56,847 nt of DNA, taken from NCBI GenBank assembly GCA_016214385.1, contig JACROP010000108.1, forward strand, positions 1-56,847, written 5' to 3'. A program made the translations under genes and the position numbers. This document shows, piece by piece, positions 1-9,204 of this stretch (position 1 is its first letter; every line of letters begins with the position of its first letter). The DNA is from Nitrospirota bacterium. GTDB taxonomy: Bacteria > Nitrospirota > Thermodesulfovibrionia > UBA6902 > JACROP01. The notes under the pieces are model-generated. The model worked only from the letters and a program-made list of their open reading frames with translations. It had not been told where the DNA came from and made no database searches.

Positions 1-39
1 GACTTGATGTAGTCTTTACAATGAGACCCTTCGCAGGGC

Positions 40-471
40 TCAGGGTTTCGGCACCCATATCTTACCTTTATCAATGATATGTATTATCTCCCATCCCTTT
101 TTATGCATTGCCCTCGCAATATATCGCCTGTGACACTTCCATGGAAATCGCTCGGCGCATATTACTGCTGAGACCTTTGTTGTGGCAATCGTCTCTAAGA
201 GGATTGTTCCTTTTGCAAAATCTTCTGTGAGTGTATATGCCTGATAGCCGCCCTTTCTGAATCCTCCCAATTCTTTGCCTAAATGATAATACTCCAGGCC
301 ATTATTTTTGAGGAGACTCTCAAGATTTTCTTTCCGGAAATATTCGAGTTTGCTCACCGGAAAACTCCTTACATCAATGACAGCCTCTATCCCATAGGAA
401 TTAAGTATTTCAATGAAATCCTCTTCAGAACGGCGGCTCGTGCCGAGGGTGTAAAGTCTTCTTGCCTCCAT
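40..471 (-). CDS. DUF488 family protein
   Basis: 143-aa ORF. The N-terminus 'LYTLGTSRRSEEDFIEILNSYGIEAVIDVRSFP' fits the DUF488 pattern as I recall it. Confidence 0.7.
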   Translation of the reverse strand: MEARRLYTLGTSRRSEEDFIEILNSYGIEAVIDVRSFPVSKLEYFRKENLESLLKNNGLEYYHLGKELGGFRKGGYQAYTLTEDFAKGTILLETIATTKVSAVICAERFPWKCHRRYIARAMHKKGWEIIHIIDKGKIWVPKP

Positions 472-564
472 CAGACTGAGATAATAGCATAATAACAGGT
501 GAGAAATGAGGTAATTATGAAAAACACCCTTGACATCAGCCAGGAGCGAAGGGCTTGAAAATCC

Positions 565-1704
565 TTATGCAAAGAACCACCCTGCCACCTCCTTTCCGCA
601 GGAATTGCATCTGTCTGATTTCAAGTTTGTTTTCACCACATCGAATCCCTTCCTGTTTATAACAGCACCGCTACAGTTAGGGCAGTATGTATCTCCGCCA
701 GGATGTCCCGGTATGTTCGTCACATATACATATCTAAGCCCTTCGTCCAGAGCAATATTTCTTGCGTCCTCCAGCGATGTTATCGGTGTCTCTTTAAGGT
801 TCTTCATCTTATATGCAGGATAAAACCTTGTAAAATGAAGAGGTGTGTCAGCTCCAAGGTTCTTCCTTATCCATACCGACATATCCCTTATCTCTGCCGG
901 GTTATCATTAATTGTAGGTATAATGAGGTTCGCCACCTCAAGCCATTTGCCCTCGCCTTTTATGGTCTCCATCGCCTTGAGCACAGGTGTCATATCGGCA
1001 TCACAGACCTTCCGGTAGAAGTCGTTGCTGAACCCCTTGAGGGTAACTGTAAAGGCGTCAACATTTTCTGCAGTCTCTTGCAAGGCTTTTTTATTTATAT
1101 ATGCCGATGTCGCAACAGCAATCTTTAAACCCTTTGATTTTGCCCTTTCAGCAGTTGCTATAAGATATTCGAGATATGCTATTGGTTCCGTAAATGTAAA
1201 AAGTATTCCCTTCAGTGTTTTTCTTTTAACGGTAGAAACGGCTTCCCTGCTATTGAGCATATAGTTCTTTGTCTCTTCAGGTCGATACTGGGATGCTTTG
1301 AAGTTCTGGCAGTACGAACATCTCAGGTTGCATCCTGATATACCGATCGCAAGAAATTCGCTTCCGATGGCATAGTGGTAAAGAGGCGCTGATTCTATTT
1401 TTGCTATCTCAATAACGCTCGGGTTGTTCCATGCCTTGGTTACAAGTCTTCCATTAATGTTTGTCCTTGTCCGGCAGAAACAGGTCTGACCATCTTCAAG
1501 TAGACAGTTCTTCGGGCATATATCACACTGCACTTTATCACCCTCAATACGTCTATACCACTGAACCTCTTTATAACCCGAAGATGCTATAGATATATCA
1601 GGTTTTATCAAATCCCAGACATATGATGCGGTTCCAAGACAGATGCCGAATTTCACCGCACCCTCCAGGAATTCCCTCCTCGTTGTCTTTTCCGTGATTA
1701 GCAT
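565..1704 (-). CDS. Radical SAM enzyme (AmmeMemoRadiSam / PflA-like) with a twin-arginine-like N-terminus
   Basis: CxxxCxxC motif 'CNLRCSYCQN'. An extra Cys-rich N-terminal block is present (CDICPKNC...CFC). The N-terminus 'TTRREFLEGAVKFGICLG' looks like a Tat signal. Confidence 0.8.
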   Translation of the reverse strand: MLITEKTTRREFLEGAVKFGICLGTASYVWDLIKPDISIASSGYKEVQWYRRIEGDKVQCDICPKNCLLEDGQTCFCRTRTNINGRLVTKAWNNPSVIEIAKIESAPLYHYAIGSEFLAIGISGCNLRCSYCQNFKASQYRPEETKNYMLNSREAVSTVKRKTLKGILFTFTEPIAYLEYLIATAERAKSKGLKIAVATSAYINKKALQETAENVDAFTVTLKGFSNDFYRKVCDADMTPVLKAMETIKGEGKWLEVANLIIPTINDNPAEIRDMSVWIRKNLGADTPLHFTRFYPAYKMKNLKETPITSLEDARNIALDEGLRYVYVTNIPGHPGGDTYCPNCSGAVINRKGFDVVKTNLKSDRCNSCGKEVAGWFFA

Positions 1705-1790
1705 CTTATCACCCTCCCTTTTTAAATAAGGTTATGGGTTCGGAGTATTTGCTTTTTCTCCTAACTACGAACTGATTACTCCGAACTTCT

Positions 1791-2744
1791 TTACTTATAT
1801 CTGAGAGCACAGGTCCTGCCCTTGCTGTCTTCATCGATATCTGAAAGGCCCATATTCCCTGTCGAACCCTGACCTTTTGATGCCTCAAGCCTTTTTTCAA
1901 GGATAGTAATAGCCTTCTCGTCAAGCAAGAATCTTCCAACAGGCCCAATGCCCTTTCTTGATCTTTCCAAGTAAAATCTCTTTTTAAGCTCAGCTCTTTC
2001 CTTTTTAGGATTTATCTGCAGAGCCAACTCTCTTTTATTAAGGGCAAACTCCTCATCAGACATCTTTCGGGCCTTATAAAGGGTCTCTAAAAGGACTGCA
2101 ATCTTTGCATCTTTTTCTGATTCCGCCATTCCACCTATATGTGATTCCAACCTTTTAATGTATTCATCCGCAATTCTGTATTTTGCAGTTGCATATCTCT
2201 TTTCCGGTATTGACCGTATTCGCTCAAGAAGCCTTTCTGCAGGAGACGAATCAAAGGCCTGCCCTGCCCGCACAGGATTGTTAAGGTCCTTTGGAGGGAT
2301 CAGGCAGGGCCTGAAGCTCTGGACTATCTCTATCTGCCCTGGTGTGAGGACAGACCTTGTCTTTCCCTCGATCTCCCTTAATTGTCTCAATGTTTCTTCT
2401 TTCTTTTCTTTCACCCTGCGGTTTAACTCCGCTGCCTGCCTTTCAACCTCCTGTGTTGGTCTTGTATTTTTATCGTAGAGACTATCTCTGAGTTCAGCGA
2501 AGGCAGCATTAAGCCGTCCCTTCATTAGGTCGTATTCCCTCTCTGTAGAATCCCTGATAGCCTTCGCCTCCTTTACATATTTCAGGATCTCTTCAGACTG
2601 AGAGTCGGTGAGGTTCAGCCCGTTGATGAGGTTTAAAAGGGTAATCTCTCTCCTGAGTTCCTCAATCTTATCCCTCTCTTTAGCGAATGAATAGGTTGTG
2701 TATGAGAAGGTTACGGCCAGTAAAAGAATTAATATCTTTTTCAT
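1791..2744 (-). CDS. Secreted coiled-coil protein with an LTxxQ-like motif (Spy/CpxP-like, uncertain)
   Basis: Signal peptide 'MKKILILLLAVTFSYTTYSFA'. The 'LTDSQ' motif is present and the sequence is charged and helical. It is the last gene of the ECF sigma operon. Confidence 0.5.
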   Translation of the reverse strand: MKKILILLLAVTFSYTTYSFAKERDKIEELRREITLLNLINGLNLTDSQSEEILKYVKEAKAIRDSTEREYDLMKGRLNAAFAELRDSLYDKNTRPTQEVERQAAELNRRVKEKKEETLRQLREIEGKTRSVLTPGQIEIVQSFRPCLIPPKDLNNPVRAGQAFDSSPAERLLERIRSIPEKRYATAKYRIADEYIKRLESHIGGMAESEKDAKIAVLLETLYKARKMSDEEFALNKRELALQINPKKERAELKKRFYLERSRKGIGPVGRFLLDEKAITILEKRLEASKGQGSTGNMGLSDIDEDSKGRTCALRYK

Positions 2745-2756
2745 AGAAATACCTCT

Positions 2757-3320
2757 TTATCTTTCAGGAATCGACGGCCTCTCTGGTGGCAGCGCTCTCT
2801 CGGGCCTGTCCTCTCTAAATCTTTCAGCCCTTCTCTGCTTTGCCTCTGCAATGATTTTTCTAATCTCCTTATGGAATTTTTGCTGGAAGATTATAAACCT
2901 TGCCTGCTGTTCAATCGTGAGGATCTTTTTAAGCTCCACCTTCTCTTCGTCGTTAATGCCCTGAAGGGCCTTACGATTCTGCTCAAGCCTATCGAGGATA
3001 TTCTTCAGATTCCCTTCACGCTTCTCCTTCAGGGCCTCCCTCAATTGTTTCATGTCATCTCTCATGGCGTTTTTTATCTCAACCCTCTTTTTGTCGTACT
3101 TATTGAGTAGAGGGAAGAGCTGGGCTGAGGTCTTCTCATCGAGGTCGATGGCCTGAGTCAGCCGCCACATCTTCAATGTCGCGATCCTCCTCCTCACCTT
3201 CTCCATCTGTTCCTTAGACGGTGGCTTTTCAATGTCCTCCGGTGGTTCAGCCATACCATTTAGAGAAAAACCGAAGACCAAAAAGAGTAACAACAAAATC
3301 TTAAAGATATGCCTTCCCAT
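2757..3320 (-). CDS. Periplasmic Spy/CpxP-like protein (uncertain)
   Basis: The likely start is the ATG at 3320, preceded by GGAGG and giving 'MGRHIFKILLLLFLVFGF' as a signal peptide. The ORF-track start at 3359 would overlap the anti-sigma gene. The sequence is K/E-rich and helical. Confidence 0.5.
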   Translation of the reverse strand: MGRHIFKILLLLFLVFGFSLNGMAEPPEDIEKPPSKEQMEKVRRRIATLKMWRLTQAIDLDEKTSAQLFPLLNKYDKKRVEIKNAMRDDMKQLREALKEKREGNLKNILDRLEQNRKALQGINDEEKVELKKILTIEQQARFIIFQQKFHKEIRKIIAEAKQRRAERFREDRPERALPPERPSIPER

Positions 3321-3321
3321 A

Positions 3322-3951
3322 TTAACCTCCTTTATTCTGTTGTTTTCCCAATACCTCATAGAGGCTCTCCATCTCCTTTGAGCTCAAAGAAGCAAATTCA
3401 CTGTAGTAGGAATATTCCATGAAATTCTCCTGATCCAGATATAACCCATCATCTGTTAGCCGCTCTGTAATCAGGAGGATATCTTTTTCGGTTATGTCAC
3501 TATAATCTAAAACGGATGCTGTAAGGGGGTCTTTGAGAAATGGGTCTAATTCCGGAATTTCCTTCTTCTTGGAGTATGCAAATATCAGGAAAACCAGAAC
3601 TATAATGGTTACCGCAACTGGCAGTGGTTTAAATAATAACGACTTTATCGAAAGGGGCACCCCAAAAAGCCTTTCGGTACGAATCTTCGATTTGCCCTTC
3701 TGGGAATCCTTGTAAAGATTAGCCTCTTCTTTCTCAACAGCCCTTCTCACCCTCTGAGGGAGAGTCTTCCAGAAAAGGTCTCCTGGATCAGGCACATCAA
3801 CTTTGACAAGCTCGGTGATAAGAAAAAACTCACCGCTGCACTCCTCACAACACTTTAAATGGGCTTCGATATCCTCCCTCACCTCTTCAGGGAGAGCGCC
3901 TTTAAGATATTCAGGGAACATCTCCTTTATCCTGTCATGACTTGATCTCAT
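3322..3951 (-). CDS. Anti-sigma factor (zf-HC2 type, single-pass membrane)
   Basis: N-terminal 'H..x3..C..C' motif (HLKCCEECSGEF). A central TM segment 'LPVAVTIIVLVFLIFAY' is present. It overlaps the sigma factor gene by 4 nt. Confidence 0.75.
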   Translation of the reverse strand: MRSSHDRIKEMFPEYLKGALPEEVREDIEAHLKCCEECSGEFFLITELVKVDVPDPGDLFWKTLPQRVRRAVEKEEANLYKDSQKGKSKIRTERLFGVPLSIKSLLFKPLPVAVTIIVLVFLIFAYSKKKEIPELDPFLKDPLTASVLDYSDITEKDILLITERLTDDGLYLDQENFMEYSYYSEFASLSSKEMESLYEVLGKQQNKGG

Positions 3952-4496
3952 AACCCTTCTCCTTTACAAACCTCCCTTAATCTCTTCACTCCATTGTGGT
4001 AATGTGCCTTTACAGCCCCCTCGGAGCATCCCATGACCCTGGCTGTCTCACTACAGCTAAGGCCATCATATACCCTGAGAACTATTGCAAGTCTCTGCCT
4101 TTCTGGCAGTTCTTCTATGCCTTTTTTGATACGATTCCTCTTTTCCTTCTCTATAATTGCTGATAGGGCCCCTGTCTGTCCTGAATCAAGTTCAGGGTCC
4201 ATAATTGACTCTTCAAGCTCTACCTCTTCATGTCTTTTTTGCGTGATGTGATTGAGGCCTGTGTTCATAGCTATCTGATATAGCCAGGTCTTGAATGAGG
4301 CCTCCCTCCTGAAACCATTGATGCCCTTTATAGCTTTCAGAAATGTCTTCTGAGTCAAATCCTTTGCCCCTTCCATATCGTTTGTCATCCTGTAAAGAAA
4401 GGCATAAATATGTCTCTGATATTTCATCACAAGCTCCTCTATGGCCTCAGCGTCTCCAGCGAGATATTTCTCAATAAGATTTATATCTTCTTCCAT
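3948..4496 (-). CDS. ECF (sigma-24 family) RNA polymerase sigma factor
   Basis: Region 2 ('FKTWLYQIAMN') and region 4 ('LPERQRLAIVLRVYDGLSCSETARVMGCSEGAVKAHYHNG') motifs are present. Confidence 0.9.
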   Translation of the reverse strand: MEEDINLIEKYLAGDAEAIEELVMKYQRHIYAFLYRMTNDMEGAKDLTQKTFLKAIKGINGFRREASFKTWLYQIAMNTGLNHITQKRHEEVELEESIMDPELDSGQTGALSAIIEKEKRNRIKKGIEELPERQRLAIVLRVYDGLSCSETARVMGCSEGAVKAHYHNGVKRLREVCKGEGL

Positions 4497-4537
4497 CTGT
4501 TTTTCTGCTTATTTAGACAGGTAAAAGAGAAAAAGGT

Positions 4538-4768
4538 TTAAAGATCTGAAATGTTTTTTATCTCAACGATTTTTTGTTTTGACTTCATGCCTGACAAAAT
4601 TGTAATATGAGATTTTGGAACACCAAAATATTCGGAGAGTAATTTTATTAATGCCCTGTTTGCTTTATTTTCTATAGGTTGTTCTTTAACATAAGCTACA
4701 TAGCCATTGGCAGTTCTCTCTATCTTTTCATGGCATGATCTTGGTTTCACTGTGATTGAAAGTTTCAT
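4538..4768 (-). CDS. DUF167 (YggU-like) protein
   Basis: 76 aa. 'ITVKPRS...ENKANRALIKLLSEYFGVPKSHITILSG' is typical of DUF167. Confidence 0.7.
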   Translation of the reverse strand: MKLSITVKPRSCHEKIERTANGYVAYVKEQPIENKANRALIKLLSEYFGVPKSHITILSGMKSKQKIVEIKNISDL

Positions 4769-4793
4769 AATTTACCCTGAACTTGGATATATT

Positions 4794-4928
4794 TTGAAGC
4801 TCCCCGCAGTCCCGAAGTATCGGGACGGGGAATCTTCGAAATGTACGGAATATTTCTTTTTCATATTCGCTCGCTAACCCCACCCCTTGGGGAGGGGTAG
4901 CGCTCGCTTTGCATTTTCATGGCTTCCA
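4794..4928. repeat. Compound palindromic intergenic repeat (GTCCCGAAG..TCGGGAC family, long copy)
   Basis: There are two hairpins, 'ccccgcagtcccgaagtatcgggacgggg' and 'aaccccaccccttggggaggggt'. They are bounded by 'ttgaagct' and 'gctcgctttgcattttc'. A shorter inverted copy lies at 46792-46843. Confidence 0.7.
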
Positions 4929-4990
4929 ACTCCTTCCGTAAGATTAGTTGCATGGGGAGCAGAAAAGGTTTACATGCAGAATCTATATTA

Positions 4991-5020
4991 TTGACAAAGT
5001 CTTCTCTCAGTAAATATAAT
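4991..5020 (+). promoter_or_regulatory. Sigma-70-like promoter for trxA
   Basis: TTGACA (4991-4996), an 18-nt spacer, then TATAAT (5015-5020). It lies 42 nt upstream of the trxA ATG, with an AGAGGAGG RBS. Confidence 0.55.
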
Positions 5021-5061
5021 TTCTAAAATTCCAAGAATTCAATCCAGAGGAGGATGTTTTA

Positions 5062-5391
5062 ATGGCTGAAGAAATTACAAATGTGACGGCAGATACCTGG
5101 GATAAGGAGGTTACGCAGCAGAAGGGGCTTATAATGGTAGACTTCTGGGCTACATGGTGCGGTCCATGCAGGATGGTTGCCCCTGTTGTTGAGGAACTGG
5201 CAAAGGAATACGCCGGAAGGGCTAAGTTTGTAAAAGTTAATACTGATGAGAGTCCTGACCTTGCCGGGCGGTATAGAGTGATGGGGATACCAACCCTTAT
5301 GTTTTTCAAAGACGGCAAGCAGGTGGATCAGATAGTTGGAGCTGTGCCCAAAGGGCAGCTTAAGACAAAACTCGATTCATTGCTCTCCTGA
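5062..5391 (+). CDS. trxA: Thioredoxin
   Basis: 109 aa with the WCGPC active site. Confidence 0.95.
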   Translation: MAEEITNVTADTWDKEVTQQKGLIMVDFWATWCGPCRMVAPVVEELAKEYAGRAKFVKVNTDESPDLAGRYRVMGIPTLMFFKDGKQVDQIVGAVPKGQLKTKLDSLLS

Positions 5392-6311
5392 TGCTTTTCG
5401 ACGTAATAATCATTGGTGGAGGCCCTGCCGGCCTCACTGCAGGGCTTTACACATCAAGGGCAAAACTTAAAAGTCTCTTAATTGAAAAGGCAATGCCCGG
5501 AGGCCAGGTCATGACGACTGACTGGGTTGAAAACTATCCCGGTTTTGATGGGGGGATTTCAGGGTCTGACCTTTCCCTGAAAATGGAAAAGCAGGCAAAA
5601 AACTTTGGCCTTGAGACGGTTCATGGTGCAGTATCAGGCATAGCCTTACAAGGGAAAATAAAAAGGGCGACTTTAGATGACGGCACCTTATTTGAAGCAA
5701 AGGCCCTGATTATTGCAACTGGCGCTAACCCAAAGCCATTGAATATCGATGGAGAAGAGAAATACCGCGGAAAGGGGGTCTCATACTGTGCCACCTGTGA
5801 TGGAGCTTTTTTCAAGGGTAAGAAGATTGCTGTGATAGGCGGCGGCGATGCAGCAGTTGAAGAGGCGATTTTCCTGACCAGGTTTGCCTCAGAGGTCTAT
5901 ATAGTACACAGGAGAGATAAACTCAGGGCTACAAAGATAATCCAGGAAAGGGCTATGGCAAATCAGAAGATTAAATTTATCTGGAACTCGGTAGTGGAGA
6001 AAATAGAAGGCGATGATACAGTTGACTCAATAAGCCTGAAGGATGTGAAAACAGGGCAGAAGACAAAACTTTATGTCCAGGGCGTTTTTATCTATGTTGG
6101 TTATAATCCGAACACAGAATTCTTAAAGGGACTTATAAACATGGACAGGGATGGATATATTATTACCGATGACAGGATGACAACTTCTGTCCCCGGAGTC
6201 TTTGCTGCAGGCGATGTGCGGGCTAAACTCTTAAAGCAGATAGCAACTGCTGTTGGAGATGGAGCGACCGCTGCAGTAGCCGCTGAAAAGTATATAGAGG
6301 AGAGTTTTTAG
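5391..6311 (+). CDS. trxB: Thioredoxin-disulfide reductase
   Basis: GGGPAG FAD motif, CATC redox centre and GGGDAA NADPH motif. It overlaps the trxA stop by 1 nt. Confidence 0.95.
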   Translation: MLFDVIIIGGGPAGLTAGLYTSRAKLKSLLIEKAMPGGQVMTTDWVENYPGFDGGISGSDLSLKMEKQAKNFGLETVHGAVSGIALQGKIKRATLDDGTLFEAKALIIATGANPKPLNIDGEEKYRGKGVSYCATCDGAFFKGKKIAVIGGGDAAVEEAIFLTRFASEVYIVHRRDKLRATKIIQERAMANQKIKFIWNSVVEKIEGDDTVDSISLKDVKTGQKTKLYVQGVFIYVGYNPNTEFLKGLINMDRDGYIITDDRMTTSVPGVFAAGDVRAKLLKQIATAVGDGATAAVAAEKYIEESF

Positions 6312-6318
6312 AGGGGAA

Positions 6319-6810
6319 ATGAGAAAGAAAGGCATTATTTTTATTTTAATTGTGCTTGGCCTGTTTACTGGCTGTTCTATGGAGAAGGGCAAAGGTGTTG
6401 GAGATATTGCCCCTGATTTTACGCTGAAGTCCATAGATGGGCATGATATAAGCCTTTCTGAATACAGGGGGAAGGTTGTTCTCATAGACTTCTGGGCAAC
6501 ATGGTGTCCTCCATGTGAAGATTCTGTCCCGGCACTTAACAACATTTATAAAAAGCACAAGGATAATGGCTTTATCATTCTCGGGCTTTCTTTAGACAAT
6601 AAACCCTCTGTTGTGAAGACATTCAAAGGCCGATATAAGATAGATTATCCATTGCTTATGGCTGGGAAGGCTACTGCAAAACTTTATGGAGTAAGTGGCA
6701 TACCTTCGATGTTCATTTTAGACAGGGATGGAAAAATTGCTGATCGCATTGACGGCGTTTCGCGGTCATTGGAAACAGAATTAGAAGGGAAAATCAAGGA
6801 ACTTTTATAG
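6319..6810 (+). CDS. TlpA/ResA-like thiol:disulfide oxidoreductase lipoprotein
   Basis: Lipobox 'LFTGC', WCPPC motif and thioredoxin fold. Confidence 0.85.
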   Translation: MRKKGIIFILIVLGLFTGCSMEKGKGVGDIAPDFTLKSIDGHDISLSEYRGKVVLIDFWATWCPPCEDSVPALNNIYKKHKDNGFIILGLSLDNKPSVVKTFKGRYKIDYPLLMAGKATAKLYGVSGIPSMFILDRDGKIADRIDGVSRSLETELEGKIKELL

Positions 6811-6838
6811 AAATGGAGTAATGGAGTGATGGAGTAAA

Positions 6839-8158
6839 ATGTTTGGGGCTCTTTCAGAAAGATTAGAAGGGATATTTAAAAAACTCAGGGGCCGGGGCCT
6901 GCTCAAAGAAGAGGATGTTGTTTCAGCCCTCAAGGAAGTCAGGATGGCCTTGCTTGAGGCAGATGTCAACTTCAGGGTTGTCAAAGACTTTATTGAGAAG
7001 GTAAAGGCGAGGGCTGTCGGAAAAGAGGTATTGGATAGCCTGACTCCAGGACAGCAGGTTGTAAAAATAGTTTATGACGAGCTATGCAGCCTCATGGGAG
7101 GTAGCCATAGCAGGATTCACCTTGCTTCAGAGCCACCAACTGTTATTATGCTCGTTGGCCTTCATGGCTCTGGCAAAACCACAACTGCTGCAAAACTCGC
7201 AAAGGGTTTTAAAAAAGACGGAAGGATGCCAGTTCTTGTTGCTGCTGATACTGCAAGGCCTGCGGCTATAGAGCAGCTTGTTACCCTCGGTGCACAGATA
7301 GGTATCCCGGTTTACGCTTCAAAAAGCGGAGATAACCCTGTAAGGGTTTGTGCTGATGCCCTTCAAAAGGCCAGGTTAGAAGGAAGAGATGTGGTAATCC
7401 TCGATACAGCCGGACGATTACATATAGATGAACCTCTGATGAAAGAGCTTGATCAGATAAAAGAAAAGGTAATGCCAAAGGAATTACTTTTAGTAGCTGA
7501 TGCAATGACAGGGCAGGATGCTGTGAATATTGCAAATGCCTTTAATGAAAGGCTTTCAATTGACGGTGTTATTCTTACGAAGATGGATGGTGATGCGAGG
7601 GGTGGCGCTGCCCTTTCCATTGTCTCAGTTACAGGTAAACCTATAAAGTTCCTGGGTGTTGGTGAAAAATTAGACCTCCTTGAACCCTTTCATCCTGACA
7701 GGATGGCCAGTAGAATCCTCGGCATGGGAGATGTCCTCAGCCTTATTGAAAAGGCCCAGGAGGCTATTGATATGGAAGAGGCCCTGAAACTGCAGAAGAA
7801 ACTGAAAGAGGACAGTTTTACTTTTGATGACCTCAAGAATCAAATCAAACAGATGAAGAAAATGGGCTCACTTGAGAGCATACTCGGCATGATTCCAGGC
7901 ATTGGCAAGCATATCAAAGGACTGAAAGTTGATGATAAGGAGTTTATTAAAATCGAGGCGATTATAAACTCTATGACCAGGCAGGAAAGGGAAAATTATG
8001 CTATAATTGACGGCAGCAGGAGGAGGCGAATTGCCTCTGGAAGCGGCACGTCGGTGCCTGATGTAAACAGGCTTCTTAAACAGTATCTTGAAATGAGGAA
8101 GATGCTAAAGATGTTTAAGGAAGGTAAGGGGTTCAGACTCCCACAATTCAGGATTTAA
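6839..8158 (+). CDS. ffh: Signal recognition particle protein Ffh
   Basis: NG domain (GLHGSGKTTT, DTAGR, TKMDGD) and a Met-rich M domain. Confidence 0.97.
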   Translation: MFGALSERLEGIFKKLRGRGLLKEEDVVSALKEVRMALLEADVNFRVVKDFIEKVKARAVGKEVLDSLTPGQQVVKIVYDELCSLMGGSHSRIHLASEPPTVIMLVGLHGSGKTTTAAKLAKGFKKDGRMPVLVAADTARPAAIEQLVTLGAQIGIPVYASKSGDNPVRVCADALQKARLEGRDVVILDTAGRLHIDEPLMKELDQIKEKVMPKELLLVADAMTGQDAVNIANAFNERLSIDGVILTKMDGDARGGAALSIVSVTGKPIKFLGVGEKLDLLEPFHPDRMASRILGMGDVLSLIEKAQEAIDMEEALKLQKKLKEDSFTFDDLKNQIKQMKKMGSLESILGMIPGIGKHIKGLKVDDKEFIKIEAIINSMTRQERENYAIIDGSRRRRIASGSGTSVPDVNRLLKQYLEMRKMLKMFKEGKGFRLPQFRI

Positions 8159-8197
8159 TTAAGGATTCGCGATCGAGGTTCAGAGGAGGTGATTTTT

Positions 8198-8434
8198 TTG
8201 GTCAAGATAAGGTTGACAAGAATTGGAACAAATAAAAGGCCTTTTTACAGGGTAATTGCAGCTGATTCGAGGGCAAGGAGGGACGGCCCTTTTCTTGAGA
8301 TTCTCGGCACCTATGACCCTCTGAAAGATCCTTCAGAGGTCAAGATTAATACAGAGAAGGCTAAAATCTGGCTTGAGCGTGGCGCACAACCGACTTCTAT
8401 TGCCAGGAAACTCTTAAAAAGGGCGGGCCTGTAA
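8198..8434 (+). CDS. rpsP: 30S ribosomal protein S16
   Basis: '[18 protein letters not shown]'. A TTG at 8198 lies 8 nt after GGAGG. The track start at 8189 overlaps the RBS. Confidence 0.92.
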   Translation: MVKIRLTRIGTNKRPFYRVIAADSRARRDGPFLEILGTYDPLKDPSEVKINTEKAKIWLERGAQPTSIARKLLKRAGL

Positions 8435-8462
8435 AATAGCCCGAATTCTTATGGAGGTGGAG

Positions 8463-8693
8463 ATGAAAGATCTGATTGAGATGATGGCTAAGGCTCTGGT
8501 AGATAAGCCAGAGGAAGTCTCTGTGAACGAAGTGGATGGAGAAAGGACTTCTGTTTATGAGCTGAGGGTTTCCTCAAGTGACCTTGGAAAGGTAATAGGC
8601 AAACAGGGCAAGACAGCAAGGGCCATGAGAACCATTATAGGTGCTGCTGGCACCAAAATTGGCAAGCGCTGCGTCCTTGAAATATTAGAATAG
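8463..8693 (+). CDS. khpA: KH-domain RNA-binding protein (KhpA/YlqC-like)
   Basis: '[15 protein letters not shown]' GxxG KH motif. The ATG at 8463 lies 5 nt after GGAGG; an alternative ATG is at 8451. Confidence 0.85.
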   Translation: MKDLIEMMAKALVDKPEEVSVNEVDGERTSVYELRVSSSDLGKVIGKQGKTARAMRTIIGAAGTKIGKRCVLEILE

Positions 8694-8696
8694 TAT

Positions 8697-9203
8697 TTGG
8701 AGGACATTGTTGTAATCGGCAAAGTCCTCAAAGAATGGGGGACCTGTGGAGAGATAAAAGTCCTTCCCCTTTCTGATAACCCTGAAAGATTTAAGAAACT
8801 CGACAGGGTTTATATAGTTTCGCCAGATGGTAAGAGAGAACTAAGGGGAGTAACTGTGTTGAGACAGCAGAAAGGGTTGGTTCTCCTTAGTCTTGCTGGG
8901 TGCAATTCCCCTGAAAAGGCAGCAGCCCTGAGAGGATACTTTTTAGCAGTTCCTAAGAATGAATTACCACTGCTACCCGAGGGAAAGTATTACACTTTTC
9001 AGATAAAAGGTCTGAGGGTAGTTACTGATGAGGGCAGGCCCCTCGGCATTGTTGAGGACATATTGTCAACTGGAAGCAATGATGTCTTTGTAGTGAAGGG
9101 GGAAAAAGAATATCTCATTCCTTTTTTAAAGGATGTGGTGAAAAAAATAGATCTGGCAGAAAAGCTGATTATAATTCACCCTATGGCTGGTCTTTTAGAA
9201 TGA
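8697..9203 (+). CDS. rimM: 16S rRNA processing protein RimM
   Basis: Conserved position between khpA and trmD, PRC-barrel-like C-terminus, TTG start. Confidence 0.88.
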   Translation: MEDIVVIGKVLKEWGTCGEIKVLPLSDNPERFKKLDRVYIVSPDGKRELRGVTVLRQQKGLVLLSLAGCNSPEKAAALRGYFLAVPKNELPLLPEGKYYTFQIKGLRVVTDEGRPLGIVEDILSTGSNDVFVVKGEKEYLIPFLKDVVKKIDLAEKLIIIHPMAGLLE

Positions 9204-9204
9204 A

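Noticed and set aside
5007-5318. 103-aa ORF antisense to trxA
   Set aside because: trxA, with its WCGPC site and good promoter and RBS, occupies the opposite strand. This is a shadow ORF.
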